Below, in pieces: positions 10,033 to 19,593 of a stretch of 64,000 nt of DNA. Numbering within the stretch: position 1 is the first letter of the stretch; every line of letters starts with the position of its first letter. The notes beneath the pieces are model-generated. The model searched no databases. It saw nothing but the letters and a program-made list of their open reading frames with translations, and was not told where the DNA came from. Both the position numbers and the translations under genes were made by a program. Source of the DNA: Candidatus Cloacimonadales bacterium (GTDB lineage: Bacteria > Cloacimonadota > Cloacimonadia > Cloacimonadales > JAIOQZ01); the NCBI GenBank assembly GCA_963662655.2, contig CAXXTU010000002.1, positions 3,488,001 to 3,552,000 on the forward strand. The letters are read 5' to 3'.

Positions 10033-11286
10033 ATGTCCGTAACAGCAGTTCTGGGATGTCTTTGGGGCGATGAAGGAAAAGCGAAGATCGTCGATGCGCT
10101 TGCAGCAGAAGCCGATGCGATTATCCGTTTTCAGGGCGGAAGCAACGCAGGCCACACGATCGTAAAGGATGGCGAAAAATATGTTTTCCATCTCGTGCCG
10201 TCCGGTTTGCTCTATCCAAGCAAACATTGCTTCCTTGGCGCTGGCACCGTAATCGATCCCGAGATGCTCATTCAAGAAATGGATGAGCTGAAAGCAAGAG
10301 GGCTTTCTTTTGAAGGCAGGTTCTTCATCGATCCGAGAGCCGCGATCGTACTTCCGTTGCATAAAGAACTCGATGGGTCCAGAGAAGACGAGGCCGGGAA
10401 TTCGAAGATCGGTACGACTCGCAGGGGTATCGGTCCTGCTTATGCGGATCGCGCTTCGAGAATAGCGCCGCAGTTGATCGACCTGATGGATACGAAGATT
10501 CTCAAGAATAGCCTCGAGCGCATTTATCGATTCCACAATCGAGACATCGACGATCTGGATCGGGTTACGGATCGCTTGTTGCGATTGGGTGAGTTGCTCA
10601 AGCCCTATTTCGCGCAAGTGCCCTACATCCTGAATCGATACTACGGAAGCGGGAAAAAGCTGTTGTTCGAAGGGGCGCAGGGAAGCCTGCTCGATATCGG
10701 TTTCGGAACATACCCGTTTGTGACCTCATCGTACACGACTGCCGGCGGTATCTCGGCGGGAAGCGGATTTCCCCCGAATCGCATCGATCGTATCATTGGC
10801 GTATACAAGGCATATACCACCCGCGTGGGTGAGGGGCCTTTCCCAACGGAGCTTCACGATGAACTCGGACAGAGGATCCGTGAGCAGGGCAACGAATATG
10901 GGGCTTCGACAGGCCGTCCACGTCGTTGCGGCTGGTTCGACGCGGTTGCGGCACGCTTCACAGCGATGATCAACGGCGTGACGGAAGGCGCATTGACCCT
11001 GGTGGATGTGCTCAGCGGCATCGATACCCTGAAAATCTGCGTTGGCTACTGCGTCAACGGAGCAAGCGTCCGTGAAATGCCGTTCAACATGCATGATCTC
11101 GAAAACGCCCAACCGATCTATGTCGAAATGAAGGGTTGGAACGAGGACATCACGGGCATTCGTAATTACGACGATCTCCCAGAGGCTACAAAGCAATACA
11201 TAAAGACACTTGAAGAGATGGTTGGTGTCCGGTATACCATCATCTCGGTCGGAGCAGACAGAAACCAAACCATTTACCGCATTTGA
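10033..11286 (+). CDS. purA: Adenylosuccinate synthetase
   Basis: WGDEGKAK, QGGSNAGHT, EGAQG, TTRVGEGPFPTE, TGRPRRCGW motifs. Confidence 0.97.
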   Translation: MSVTAVLGCLWGDEGKAKIVDALAAEADAIIRFQGGSNAGHTIVKDGEKYVFHLVPSGLLYPSKHCFLGAGTVIDPEMLIQEMDELKARGLSFEGRFFIDPRAAIVLPLHKELDGSREDEAGNSKIGTTRRGIGPAYADRASRIAPQLIDLMDTKILKNSLERIYRFHNRDIDDLDRVTDRLLRLGELLKPYFAQVPYILNRYYGSGKKLLFEGAQGSLLDIGFGTYPFVTSSYTTAGGISAGSGFPPNRIDRIIGVYKAYTTRVGEGPFPTELHDELGQRIREQGNEYGASTGRPRRCGWFDAVAARFTAMINGVTEGALTLVDVLSGIDTLKICVGYCVNGASVREMPFNMHDLENAQPIYVEMKGWNEDITGIRNYDDLPEATKQYIKTLEEMVGVRYTIISVGADRNQTIYRI

Positions 11287-11296
11287 AGAGGAAGCC

Positions 11297-12508
11297 ATGA
11301 AAGGTAAGACACTGTTACTTCTTCTTGTTCTGAGCCTGGTTCTGCAAATGGTTGCCCAGGACCGCATCTCGTATGCAGCGCCTGAATTCATGCAATGCAT
11401 CTACGATCAGTATTCGAAAAACTATCTCAACATCAACGCCATGGGGCGTGGGAACACGGGAACCGCCTTTCAGGAAGGGCTGGAGAATGCCGGGGCGAAT
11501 CCGGCCGGTTTCACCGCAGAATGCACGGCGGTTCATTTCGAGTTCATCCACAAGAACAATGTCAGGGAGATGAACGAAATCGAGTTCCGCCAGAATGACG
11601 CGATTTTTACGTACGAAACCCGTAAACGGCAGACCTACCAGTCGACCAATCCCATTGCCTACGCCGGCGTTGGATTCCGCGTGGTGGACGGACTTTCCGC
11701 GGGATTCAGCTACGGGATGACGCAGTCGATCGAGTATGAGGATTTCACGCGCGAGATGAGTGACGACTCGTACTACATCCTGTCGCCGTCCTATACGGCC
11801 TCGCGGTTGTCGCTTACGACGAGCTACGCATTCAAACAGCTTCGTGCCGGGCTGAACATTCACTATTGTATCTATCAGCTCGACGATTATCGATATTACT
11901 ACCAGAACAACCGGACGGACGCGACCGAAACGCTTTTCCGTTTCCAGCCCGGTATCCAATACGATCTCAAACATTTTACGATAGGCGCTTCCTACACGCC
12001 CAAGGCGTCGCATACCTTCGATCTCGATAACGAAGAACGTTATGACGTGACGTTCCCTTCGGTACTTTCGGGCGGTGTCGTGTTCCGCATGAAGGACTTC
12101 CGTGCGTCCGGGGATGTCGAGTACGAGCGTTGCAGCGAGCAGTCGTCCGATTTCGATGACCGAATCCGGTGGAAAGCGGGAATCGAATTCGATTATCTGT
12201 ATTCGACGCTGCGCCTGGGATTTATGTATGTGCCGGGAGTATTTGCGGGAGAATATGAATATCCTGACGGTGGATACGGGGGGAATCAGAATCCTTATTA
12301 TCCGGCTGAAGGTTATGATTACGGGCGTATCGGCGACAGCGACCAGGCGTTCCTTACCGCCGGCTTCACCATGCGATCCGCGCTTGGCGATTTCTCGTTC
12401 GGTATCATGACGGATATCATCGGCGATGTCCCGGTTACGATGGGAATGATCGGTATTACGCTCGATTCGGAGAGGATGCCCACGCCGAGGAGAGGTCACA
12501 AGGAATAG
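11297..12508 (+). CDS. Outer-membrane beta-barrel (FadL/OmpP1/PorV-like)
   Basis: Signal peptide from ATG 11297; AMGRGNTGTA...NPAG hatch motif; alternating aromatic beta strands. Confidence 0.65.
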   Translation: MKGKTLLLLLVLSLVLQMVAQDRISYAAPEFMQCIYDQYSKNYLNINAMGRGNTGTAFQEGLENAGANPAGFTAECTAVHFEFIHKNNVREMNEIEFRQNDAIFTYETRKRQTYQSTNPIAYAGVGFRVVDGLSAGFSYGMTQSIEYEDFTREMSDDSYYILSPSYTASRLSLTTSYAFKQLRAGLNIHYCIYQLDDYRYYYQNNRTDATETLFRFQPGIQYDLKHFTIGASYTPKASHTFDLDNEERYDVTFPSVLSGGVVFRMKDFRASGDVEYERCSEQSSDFDDRIRWKAGIEFDYLYSTLRLGFMYVPGVFAGEYEYPDGGYGGNQNPYYPAEGYDYGRIGDSDQAFLTAGFTMRSALGDFSFGIMTDIIGDVPVTMGMIGITLDSERMPTPRRGHKE

Positions 12509-12521
12509 CCCTCCTGCCGAT

Positions 12522-13421
12522 ATGCTGGAAATATTTATAAAGCTTTTGCCGGTAATCGGGACGTTCGTTCTCGGGATATTCTTGCGGAGATTGCGGGTCT
12601 TCGACGAGACGCACGCCGCGCTCTTCCTGAAGCTTGTTCTTTTTGTCGCATTACCGGCTTACGCTTTTGTATCTGTGGCGGAAATCGACCTGAAACTCAA
12701 ATACCTGTGTCTTCCGCTGGTCGCGATTGGAACCTATCTGATCATCTGGGCGGTGAGCTTTTTTATCGGGAAACGAATGGGGCTCGATCGGCGTCGGCTG
12801 GGATCGTTTGTCGTGGGATCGCTGATCGTCAACATCGCATTTGCAATTCCGTTTATTCTGTCTGTGTATGGCGAGGAAGGACTCGCGTACGCCTCATTGT
12901 ACAATTTAGGCAATGGTGTGATGACCTTTTCCTTCACATACTTTCTGGCTGTCCGGTTCGGGATGGAAGGCGACAAGAAAATACCCTGGGGCAAGATATT
13001 CGGTCTGCCGCCCGTTTGGGCGCTTTTTCTCGGTCTGTTCTGGAACGTTGCCCATGTACCGATGCCGGGAGCGCTTTCCGACTGGACGAAAATGCTGGGA
13101 ACGTTGATCACTCCCCTTGTGATGCTCTCGCTTGGTATCTACTTCAAGCCCCGCTTGCAGGCTATCCGGCACATCATTCCCGCGATGATCATACGTAGCG
13201 GGGTCGGTTTTATCATCGGTATCACGATATGCTCGATCTTCGGCTGGAGCGGGACGCTGAGCAAGATCATCGTCCTTTGTTCCGCGGCTCCGATCGGATA
13301 CAACACGCTTGTGTTCTCGGTGATGGAGAACCTGGATATGAAATACGCCGCGTCGCTTGTTTCGTTCTCGATCCTGTCCGGCATGATCTACTATCCATTG
13401 CTGATCTGGTGGCTGGGATGA
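12522..13421 (+). CDS. AEC-family (auxin efflux carrier) transporter
   Basis: About 10 TM helices; FVALPA, NIAFAIPF...YGEEG and PLVMLSLG motifs. Confidence 0.85.
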   Translation: MLEIFIKLLPVIGTFVLGIFLRRLRVFDETHAALFLKLVLFVALPAYAFVSVAEIDLKLKYLCLPLVAIGTYLIIWAVSFFIGKRMGLDRRRLGSFVVGSLIVNIAFAIPFILSVYGEEGLAYASLYNLGNGVMTFSFTYFLAVRFGMEGDKKIPWGKIFGLPPVWALFLGLFWNVAHVPMPGALSDWTKMLGTLITPLVMLSLGIYFKPRLQAIRHIIPAMIIRSGVGFIIGITICSIFGWSGTLSKIIVLCSAAPIGYNTLVFSVMENLDMKYAASLVSFSILSGMIYYPLLIWWLG

Positions 13422-13438
13422 CCTGTTTCTGTCCGGGG

Positions 13439-13615
13439 CACCTTCGCCCGAATGCGCCTCCGCCGTATAACAACACGTCTTCCGCTGTGCTATCCGGGGC
13501 GTGAGGTGAATTGCGGTTATCGAGGCGCACAGCTCCAAACGTGTATGAATACGGCTGCGGTCGAATTCGAACGAATCTGCCGCCGGAGGTATTGTATTGA
13601 CGCTGGTGTGAGGTG
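13439..13615 (+). ncRNA. Candidate structured RNA/element of unknown family
   Basis: Nested complementary segments CACCT/AGGTG, CCTCCG/CGGAGG, CCGTAT/ATACGG, ACACGT/ACGTGT, GCTGTGC/GCACAGC. Confidence 0.4.
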
Positions 13616-13727
13616 AGAAAACCGCGGCAAATCAAGAATGATCAGAAATATCCTTTGACAATCTCAAACCACTTCACATCCTTTGTAAAATTACATACAA
13701 CAGAAAAGGAAACAACGGGAGCGAAAA

Positions 13728-14762
13728 ATGAGAATCGCGTGTATGCTGATAACATTACTGTCCATAGGACTTGTTCCGCTATTTGCGGATTTTGACGTGT
13801 CCGTTCGCTCGGACTTCGAATACTCTGACAACGTCTTCCAGCTTTCGGATTACGACAAGGATCGATTTGACGATGGCGATACAAAATTCGATTACATCGA
13901 GAGCCGTGATGACTTCATCATGCGACCGGAGTTGAATTTTGGATATAAATACGACGGCAAGGGATTCACGCTTGAGCCGTCCGTAAGCGGGACCTACAAT
14001 TATTATTATCAGAACACGGATAAATCCAACTACAGCGCTCTGGTGAAGCTTATCTCAGATATTCCGCTGACGAAGGATTTCCGTCTGACCCTTGCGGCTT
14101 ACTACGGCTACTATCCCGACAACTGGCTTCGCGACTACCTCGATGACGAGACCGACCGGTACCAGAAGTTCGAGTACGACAAGAACCTATATAAATTCGC
14201 CCCGTATCTCAAGATGTGGCGCAAGCTTTATGTGATGCCGTATTTCAAGTATGAAGAATATTTCCATAACGAGTACTTCACGGAGTACGATGGCGATGCA
14301 ACGACCATGGGACTTGGCTTCAAATACACGTTCAGCACGTTCTATTTCCAGGCGTACTATCACTTCCGCAACTACGAATGTGACGGTGACGCGGGAATCG
14401 CAGTCGATGCTGACGATGCCGGCGACGCTTCGTACGAGAGCAACATCTACTACATCGAGTTCGAGAACAAGAAGGTCGCGATCAGCCGTCACCGCTACAT
14501 CCGCCCGTTTTTCTCGCTGATGTACGAAGAGCGCTACTATCAGACGGAGAAGTACGACAAATTCCATTCGGGTAGGGAAGACGTGAAATACACGATCAAA
14601 TTCGGAAGCGATTTCTATCTCTTCGACGATGTCGAGTTCAAGCTAACCTACACCCACATATTCCGCGACGCGGAATCGGATAATTACGAAGATATCGGTA
14701 AATACAAAGAGTATCAGGAAGACCGTTTTACTCTTGGCGTACAATATAATTTCGATTTGTAA
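13728..14762 (+). CDS. Outer-membrane beta-barrel protein
   Basis: Signal peptide, FEYSDNVF start, Tyr-rich amphipathic strands, C-terminal GVQYNFDL. Confidence 0.7.
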   Translation: MRIACMLITLLSIGLVPLFADFDVSVRSDFEYSDNVFQLSDYDKDRFDDGDTKFDYIESRDDFIMRPELNFGYKYDGKGFTLEPSVSGTYNYYYQNTDKSNYSALVKLISDIPLTKDFRLTLAAYYGYYPDNWLRDYLDDETDRYQKFEYDKNLYKFAPYLKMWRKLYVMPYFKYEEYFHNEYFTEYDGDATTMGLGFKYTFSTFYFQAYYHFRNYECDGDAGIAVDADDAGDASYESNIYYIEFENKKVAISRHRYIRPFFSLMYEERYYQTEKYDKFHSGREDVKYTIKFGSDFYLFDDVEFKLTYTHIFRDAESDNYEDIGKYKEYQEDRFTLGVQYNFDL

Positions 14763-14776
14763 AGGAGTGTCCGCAC

Positions 14777-15094
14777 ATGATGACTGTGCAGAAAGATCGC
14801 GACAAGATTCGCGAGTTCTTCGATTTGCTGGAAGACGAGCATTACGACCTGAGGAAATTCAGCCACCCGGTTCTGGTTTACAAGGTCGATGGGGATAAGA
14901 TTTATTATTCCCTCTGGGAGGAGTCGCTTCTGTCCCGCTTCGGGCTTGAGAATGTCGATGGCTGGGACTACTCGGAAGATGTCCTTTTCTGCCCTGATTG
15001 GGTTCAGGACGACCTGGATGAGGATGATTTCGACGATGTGGACGACGAGCCGTTGAATATCGAAGACATAAAAAAATACATCGATGAAGAGTAA
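14777..15094 (+). CDS. Hypothetical small acidic protein
   Basis: AAGGAG RBS; 105 aa with an Asp/Glu-rich C-terminus. Confidence 0.65.
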   Translation: MMTVQKDRDKIREFFDLLEDEHYDLRKFSHPVLVYKVDGDKIYYSLWEESLLSRFGLENVDGWDYSEDVLFCPDWVQDDLDEDDFDDVDDEPLNIEDIKKYIDEE

Positions 15095-15221
15095 GGGGTT
15101 GACAACAAACGATCGTTCAAATTTCCTATCTTTCTTTGTCTTGATGACATCAAACCGCCTGTAATGCACGGATTTTTCTTTCGCGAAACCGTGCGCAGGA
15201 ATCTTTAAACAGTTTATATTT

Positions 15222-15486
15222 GTGTGTGCTAAGCGGGGAGCTAGCGGTGCCCTGTACCCGCAATCCGCTACAGCGGGGCCGAATTCCCGTGTGAGAATAT
15301 CGACGGCTGCTTCGAGTGGAAGAAGTGGTGTTGAGAGCCAAGCCCGACGCAATCCAAGGCTGTGAACCATGTCAGGCCCGGAAGGGAGCAGCATTAAGCA
15401 GATTCTAGGATGTGCCGTCGGTCTACTTGACTTGAGCTAACTGATCCGATCGGAACAGAACAGATATCGATCACGGGTGCACACAC
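15222..15486 (+). ncRNA. ffs: Large (Alu-domain) bacterial signal recognition particle RNA
   Basis: 5' GTGCTAAGCGGGGAG..AGCGGTGCCCTGTACC.GCAATCCGCT..AGC.GGGCCGAAT resembles Bacillus scRNA; helix 8 TCAGGCCCGGAAGGGAGCAGC; terminal helix GTGTGTGC/GCACACAC followed by a T run. Confidence 0.95.
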
Positions 15487-15544
15487 TACTTTTTTATCAA
15501 AGGTTTGATGAATTACCTGAAAACGAAAGCTTGGGAGTTTTGGA

Positions 15545-16828
15545 TTGAGTCAACGCTACAACATACCGAGAGGAACTTACGACATCCTGCCGCAGGACAG
15601 TTACAAGCGGCAGTACCTGATGGATACATTTCGCAGAATATCATCTCTGTACAACTACCGTGAAATCGTTACGCCCATCTTCGAGAGCGCAGACCTCTTC
15701 GAGCGCAGTGTGGGCGATACATCCGACATCGTACAGAAAGAGATGTACGTATTTGAAGACCGCAAGCAGCGCAAGTTCGCGCTACGCCCGGAAGGAACGG
15801 CGTCCGTCGTTCGCAGCTATGTCGAGAACGGCATGCAGACGGCAGGCGGTGTTGCACGGCTGAGCTACATGGGCCCGATGTTCCGCTACGACAGGCCACA
15901 GAAGGGGCGCTATCGCCAGTTCTATCAGTACGGCCTGGAGGCGATCGGAAGCTCGCATCCATACGTCGATGCGGAAGTGATCGCGCTCGCGGTGCGCTAC
16001 CTGACGGAACTCGGCTTGAAGGATTTCCGGCTGGAAATCAACAGCGTTGGCGGACCGGCTTCCGCGGAAGCCTACAACAACGCGCTCAAGAAATACTACG
16101 CGCCACACGTCGACGACCTCTGCGGAGACTGTCGCGTGCGCCTGGAGAAGAATCCCCGCAGGCTTCTTGATTGCAAGGTCGCAAGCTGCAAGGTCTATGC
16201 GAAAGACGCGCCAATCATGCTCGATTACCTGGACGAGGAAGCGCTGAACCACTTCGAGGCCGTAAAGAAGTATCTGGACATCCTTGGCGTTGAGTACACG
16301 GTCAATCCGCGTATCGTTCGCGGCCTGGACTACTATACCGACACCGCGTTCGAGATTCTCGACGATTCGCTCGGGGCGCAGAACGCGCTTCTGGGCGGTG
16401 GTCGCTACAACGGCCTGGTTGAGCAGATCGGCGGCAAGGATTCGCCCGGCATTGGCTTCGCGGGTGGTTTCGAGCGTCTTGAACTATCGATGGAGAAGAA
16501 CGGACTTTCCTTCGGGGAAGAGCCGCATCCAGAGGTATTCCTGGTGGCCGTGGGCGAGAAGGCCGAAGACAAGGCGATATCGGTTTGCCGTCAGCTACGG
16601 GCCATGGGGTGTGTGACCGATTTCGATATCGAGAAGGGCTCGTTCAAATCGCAGATGAAAGCTGCGAACAAATCGGGCGCGAGCATCGCGATCCTGATCG
16701 GCGAGAGCGAAATGGAAAATAACACATTGACGATAAAGGATATGCGCCAGGGTACGCAGGAAACCATTTCCGCGGACACGCTCAAGTGCCTGAGATCGCA
16801 TATCGTGAATTTACGGGAGCAATCATGA
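15545..16828 (+). CDS. hisS: Histidyl-tRNA synthetase
   Basis: PRGTYD, LRPEGTA, FRYDRPQKGRYRQF, LVRGLDYY-type and GGGRYNGL motifs; TTG start. Confidence 0.97.
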   Translation: MSQRYNIPRGTYDILPQDSYKRQYLMDTFRRISSLYNYREIVTPIFESADLFERSVGDTSDIVQKEMYVFEDRKQRKFALRPEGTASVVRSYVENGMQTAGGVARLSYMGPMFRYDRPQKGRYRQFYQYGLEAIGSSHPYVDAEVIALAVRYLTELGLKDFRLEINSVGGPASAEAYNNALKKYYAPHVDDLCGDCRVRLEKNPRRLLDCKVASCKVYAKDAPIMLDYLDEEALNHFEAVKKYLDILGVEYTVNPRIVRGLDYYTDTAFEILDDSLGAQNALLGGGRYNGLVEQIGGKDSPGIGFAGGFERLELSMEKNGLSFGEEPHPEVFLVAVGEKAEDKAISVCRQLRAMGCVTDFDIEKGSFKSQMKAANKSGASIAILIGESEMENNTLTIKDMRQGTQETISADTLKCLRSHIVNLREQS

Positions 16829-18348
16829 GTAAGAAGCAACGTACGGCCATTACGCCGACGCGATTGGAAGATTATCCACAGTGGTATCTGAATGTCATCA
16901 AGGCCGCCGACCTCGCCGAGAACAGCGAAGTCCGCGGATGTATGGTGATCAAGCCCTGGGGCTATGCTATATGGGAAAATATACGTGACACGCTGGATCG
17001 GATGTTCAAGGAAACCGGGCATAAGAACGCCTACTTCCCGTTGTTCATCCCGAAATCATACTTTGAGCGCGAAGCCAAGCACGTGGAAGGCTTTGCGAAG
17101 GAATGTGCGGTGGTTACGCACTCTCGCCTCGAAGACGACGGCGAAGGCGGTCTGAAGGTTGCCGGCAAGCTCACCGAAGAGCTGATCGTGCGCCCCACAA
17201 GCGAGACCATTATCGGCGCTTCTTTCTCAAAATGGGTCAAGTCCTATCGTGATCTTCCGCTTTTGATCAACCAGTGGGCCAACGTTGTTCGCTGGGAGAT
17301 GCGCACGAGATTGTTCCTCCGGACAGCCGAGTTCCTGTGGCAGGAAGGCCACACGGTTCACGCTACCCGGGAAGACGCAGTGGAAGAAACGCTGCGAATG
17401 CTCGACGTCTACACCAAGTTTACGCAGGAGTGGCTCGCGATTCCGGTTATCAAGGGCGAAAAAACCGAATCCGAGAGATTCCCGGGCGCTGAAAACACCT
17501 ATACCTTCGAAGCCATGATGCAGGATCGCAAAGCGCTTCAGGCAGGGACCTCGCATTTCCTCGGACTCAACTTCGCGAAGGTTTTCGATATCAAGTTTCA
17601 GAACAAGGAAGGCGTGGAAGAATACGCCTGGACAACCTCATGGGGCGTTACGACCCGCCTGATCGGCGCGATGATCATGACGCACAGCGACGACGACGGA
17701 TTGGTTATTCCTCCGAGAGTCGCCCCCGCCCATATCGCGATCATTCCGATCTACCGCACCGAAGAGGAAGAAAAGGCGGTGATGGAATACATCGGACAGC
17801 TTACCGAAGGCTTGAAAGAGCAGCGTTACGACGGCAACAGGATTATCGTGGAAGTTGATAACCGCGACATGACCTCCAGCGAAAAAGGCTGGTACTGGAT
17901 CAAGAAAGGTATGCCGATTCGCGTTGAGGTCGGCCCGCGAGACATCGAGAACGGTTCCGTCTTCATGGGGCGTCGCGACCTCACACCGAAGGACAAGGTT
18001 TCCATTCAGATGGAGGAATTTGTCCGGACGGCTCCCCAGATACTGGAAGATATCCAGAACGCGATCTTCAATCGTGCGCTGGAATGCCAGAAAGAAAATA
18101 CGAGAGAAATAAACGACTGGAATAAATTCACGAAATTTTTCACACCGAAAAACGCGGACAAACCCGAGATTCACGGCGGTTTTGCGTACAGCCACTGGTG
18201 CGGTAGTGCCGAGTGCGAAGCAAAGGTCAAAGATGAATTAGGTGTAACGATCCGCGTTATACCTTCAGAAGGTGAATCGGAGCAGGGACGTTGCGTAGTT
18301 TGTGGGAAGCCCAGCAATCGCAGGGTTATCTACGCGAAGAGCTATTGA
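16825..18348 (+). CDS. proS: Prolyl-tRNA synthetase, archaeal/eukaryote-like type
   Basis: RPTSET, NQWANVVRWE, EFLWQEGHT, QAGTSH, C-terminal Cys-rich domain ending AKSY; ATG 16825 overlaps the hisS stop. Confidence 0.96.
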   Translation: MSKKQRTAITPTRLEDYPQWYLNVIKAADLAENSEVRGCMVIKPWGYAIWENIRDTLDRMFKETGHKNAYFPLFIPKSYFEREAKHVEGFAKECAVVTHSRLEDDGEGGLKVAGKLTEELIVRPTSETIIGASFSKWVKSYRDLPLLINQWANVVRWEMRTRLFLRTAEFLWQEGHTVHATREDAVEETLRMLDVYTKFTQEWLAIPVIKGEKTESERFPGAENTYTFEAMMQDRKALQAGTSHFLGLNFAKVFDIKFQNKEGVEEYAWTTSWGVTTRLIGAMIMTHSDDDGLVIPPRVAPAHIAIIPIYRTEEEEKAVMEYIGQLTEGLKEQRYDGNRIIVEVDNRDMTSSEKGWYWIKKGMPIRVEVGPRDIENGSVFMGRRDLTPKDKVSIQMEEFVRTAPQILEDIQNAIFNRALECQKENTREINDWNKFTKFFTPKNADKPEIHGGFAYSHWCGSAECEAKVKDELGVTIRVIPSEGESEQGRCVVCGKPSNRRVIYAKSY

Positions 18349-18369
18349 TTCCCAAAGGTATATGTATAC

Positions 18370-19593
18370 ATGAAGACAGGCTTGATTACCATCGGCAACG
18401 AGATTCTGTCCGGGAAAACGGTTAACACCAATCTCGCATGGATCGGTTCCGAACTGATGCGCATCGGTTTGCGCGTCCACCGTTCCATGACGATCATGGA
18501 CAAGCCTGAAGATATCCGCAGCGCTCTCGAAGAAATGGTGGGCGAATGCGATCTGGTGCTTACGACCGGCGGACTCGGTCCCACCAAGGACGACATAACC
18601 AAGCAGGTGATCGCCGATTTCTTCAAGAAGCCGATGACCTTTTCCGAAGAGGTGTGGCGCCAGGTCAAAGAACGCTTTGAGGCCAGGCAGATCAAAATGC
18701 CGGAGATCAACCGCAATCAGGCGGAGCTTCCGGCAGATTTCGTTGCATTGAGGAATCCCTACGGAACAGCCCCGGGTCTTTTCTACGAGGCTGACGGAAA
18801 GATGTTCGTCGCGATGCCGGGCGTTCCGCACGAGATGAAGAAGATCATGCAGGATCATGTCCTGCCGCTGCTCGCGAAACGCTTCCCGGGGGGCCAGTAT
18901 CATATCGAATCCATTCATACGTCGGGCATTGCCGAGTCGCGCATTGCGGAACTCACCGACCACCTTGTCCTGCCTGAAGAGACCGAGCTTGCCTATCTGC
19001 CTCAGATGGGGCGTGTCTCGTTGCGTGTAACGGGAAAAAACGCCGATCGCGTGGCGGAAGTCAAGGCGGAGCTGGAAGCGATTCTTCAGGAGTGGATTTG
19101 GGGCTATGGTGACGAGACACCCGCCGAGAGAGCCCACGAGTTGTTCGTGCGCCAGGGAATTCAGGTCGCGTTTGCCGAGTCCTGCACCGGTGGATTGATC
19201 CAGAAACTTTTGTCGGATTTCCCGGGATCGTCTCATTACCTTGTCGGCGGTGTCGTCGCCTACAGTAATGAGGTCAAAGAGAGCATCCTGGGCGTTTCGC
19301 ACGAGACGCTCGAGAAATACGGCGCTGTCAGTCAAGAAACGGCCATCGAGATGGTCGATGGCGCGCATCGCGTATTCGGAGTCGAGTACGCCGGAGCCGT
19401 GACGGGGATTGCCGGCCCGGATGGAGGAACGTCGGAAAAGCCGGTCGGGCTTGTTTACATTTCGGTTTATTGCAACGGAAAGGTTTACACGGACAGATTA
19501 CAATTGATCGGGCCACGCGAAGTGGTGCGGAAAATAGCGGCTGAAAAACTACTGTTATTACTCATGAAGCATATCACGATCAGAGAGGTTTAA
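18370..19593 (+). CDS. cinA: CinA / nicotinamide mononucleotide deamidase (MoCF-like + PncC domains)
   Basis: IGNEILSG, TGGLGPTKDD, PGVPHEM, AESCTGG, TGIAGP motifs. Confidence 0.93.
   Translation: MKTGLITIGNEILSGKTVNTNLAWIGSELMRIGLRVHRSMTIMDKPEDIRSALEEMVGECDLVLTTGGLGPTKDDITKQVIADFFKKPMTFSEEVWRQVKERFEARQIKMPEINRNQAELPADFVALRNPYGTAPGLFYEADGKMFVAMPGVPHEMKKIMQDHVLPLLAKRFPGGQYHIESIHTSGIAESRIAELTDHLVLPEETELAYLPQMGRVSLRVTGKNADRVAEVKAELEAILQEWIWGYGDETPAERAHELFVRQGIQVAFAESCTGGLIQKLLSDFPGSSHYLVGGVVAYSNEVKESILGVSHETLEKYGAVSQETAIEMVDGAHRVFGVEYAGAVTGIAGPDGGTSEKPVGLVYISVYCNGKVYTDRLQLIGPREVVRKIAAEKLLLLLMKHITIREV

Noticed and set aside
15105..15220. tRNA upstream of ffs
   Set aside because: No cloverleaf, T-loop GTTC or CCA end
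16825..18348. Archaeal/eukaryote-type ProRS as a sign of unusual transfer
   Set aside because: This type is already widespread in several bacterial phyla
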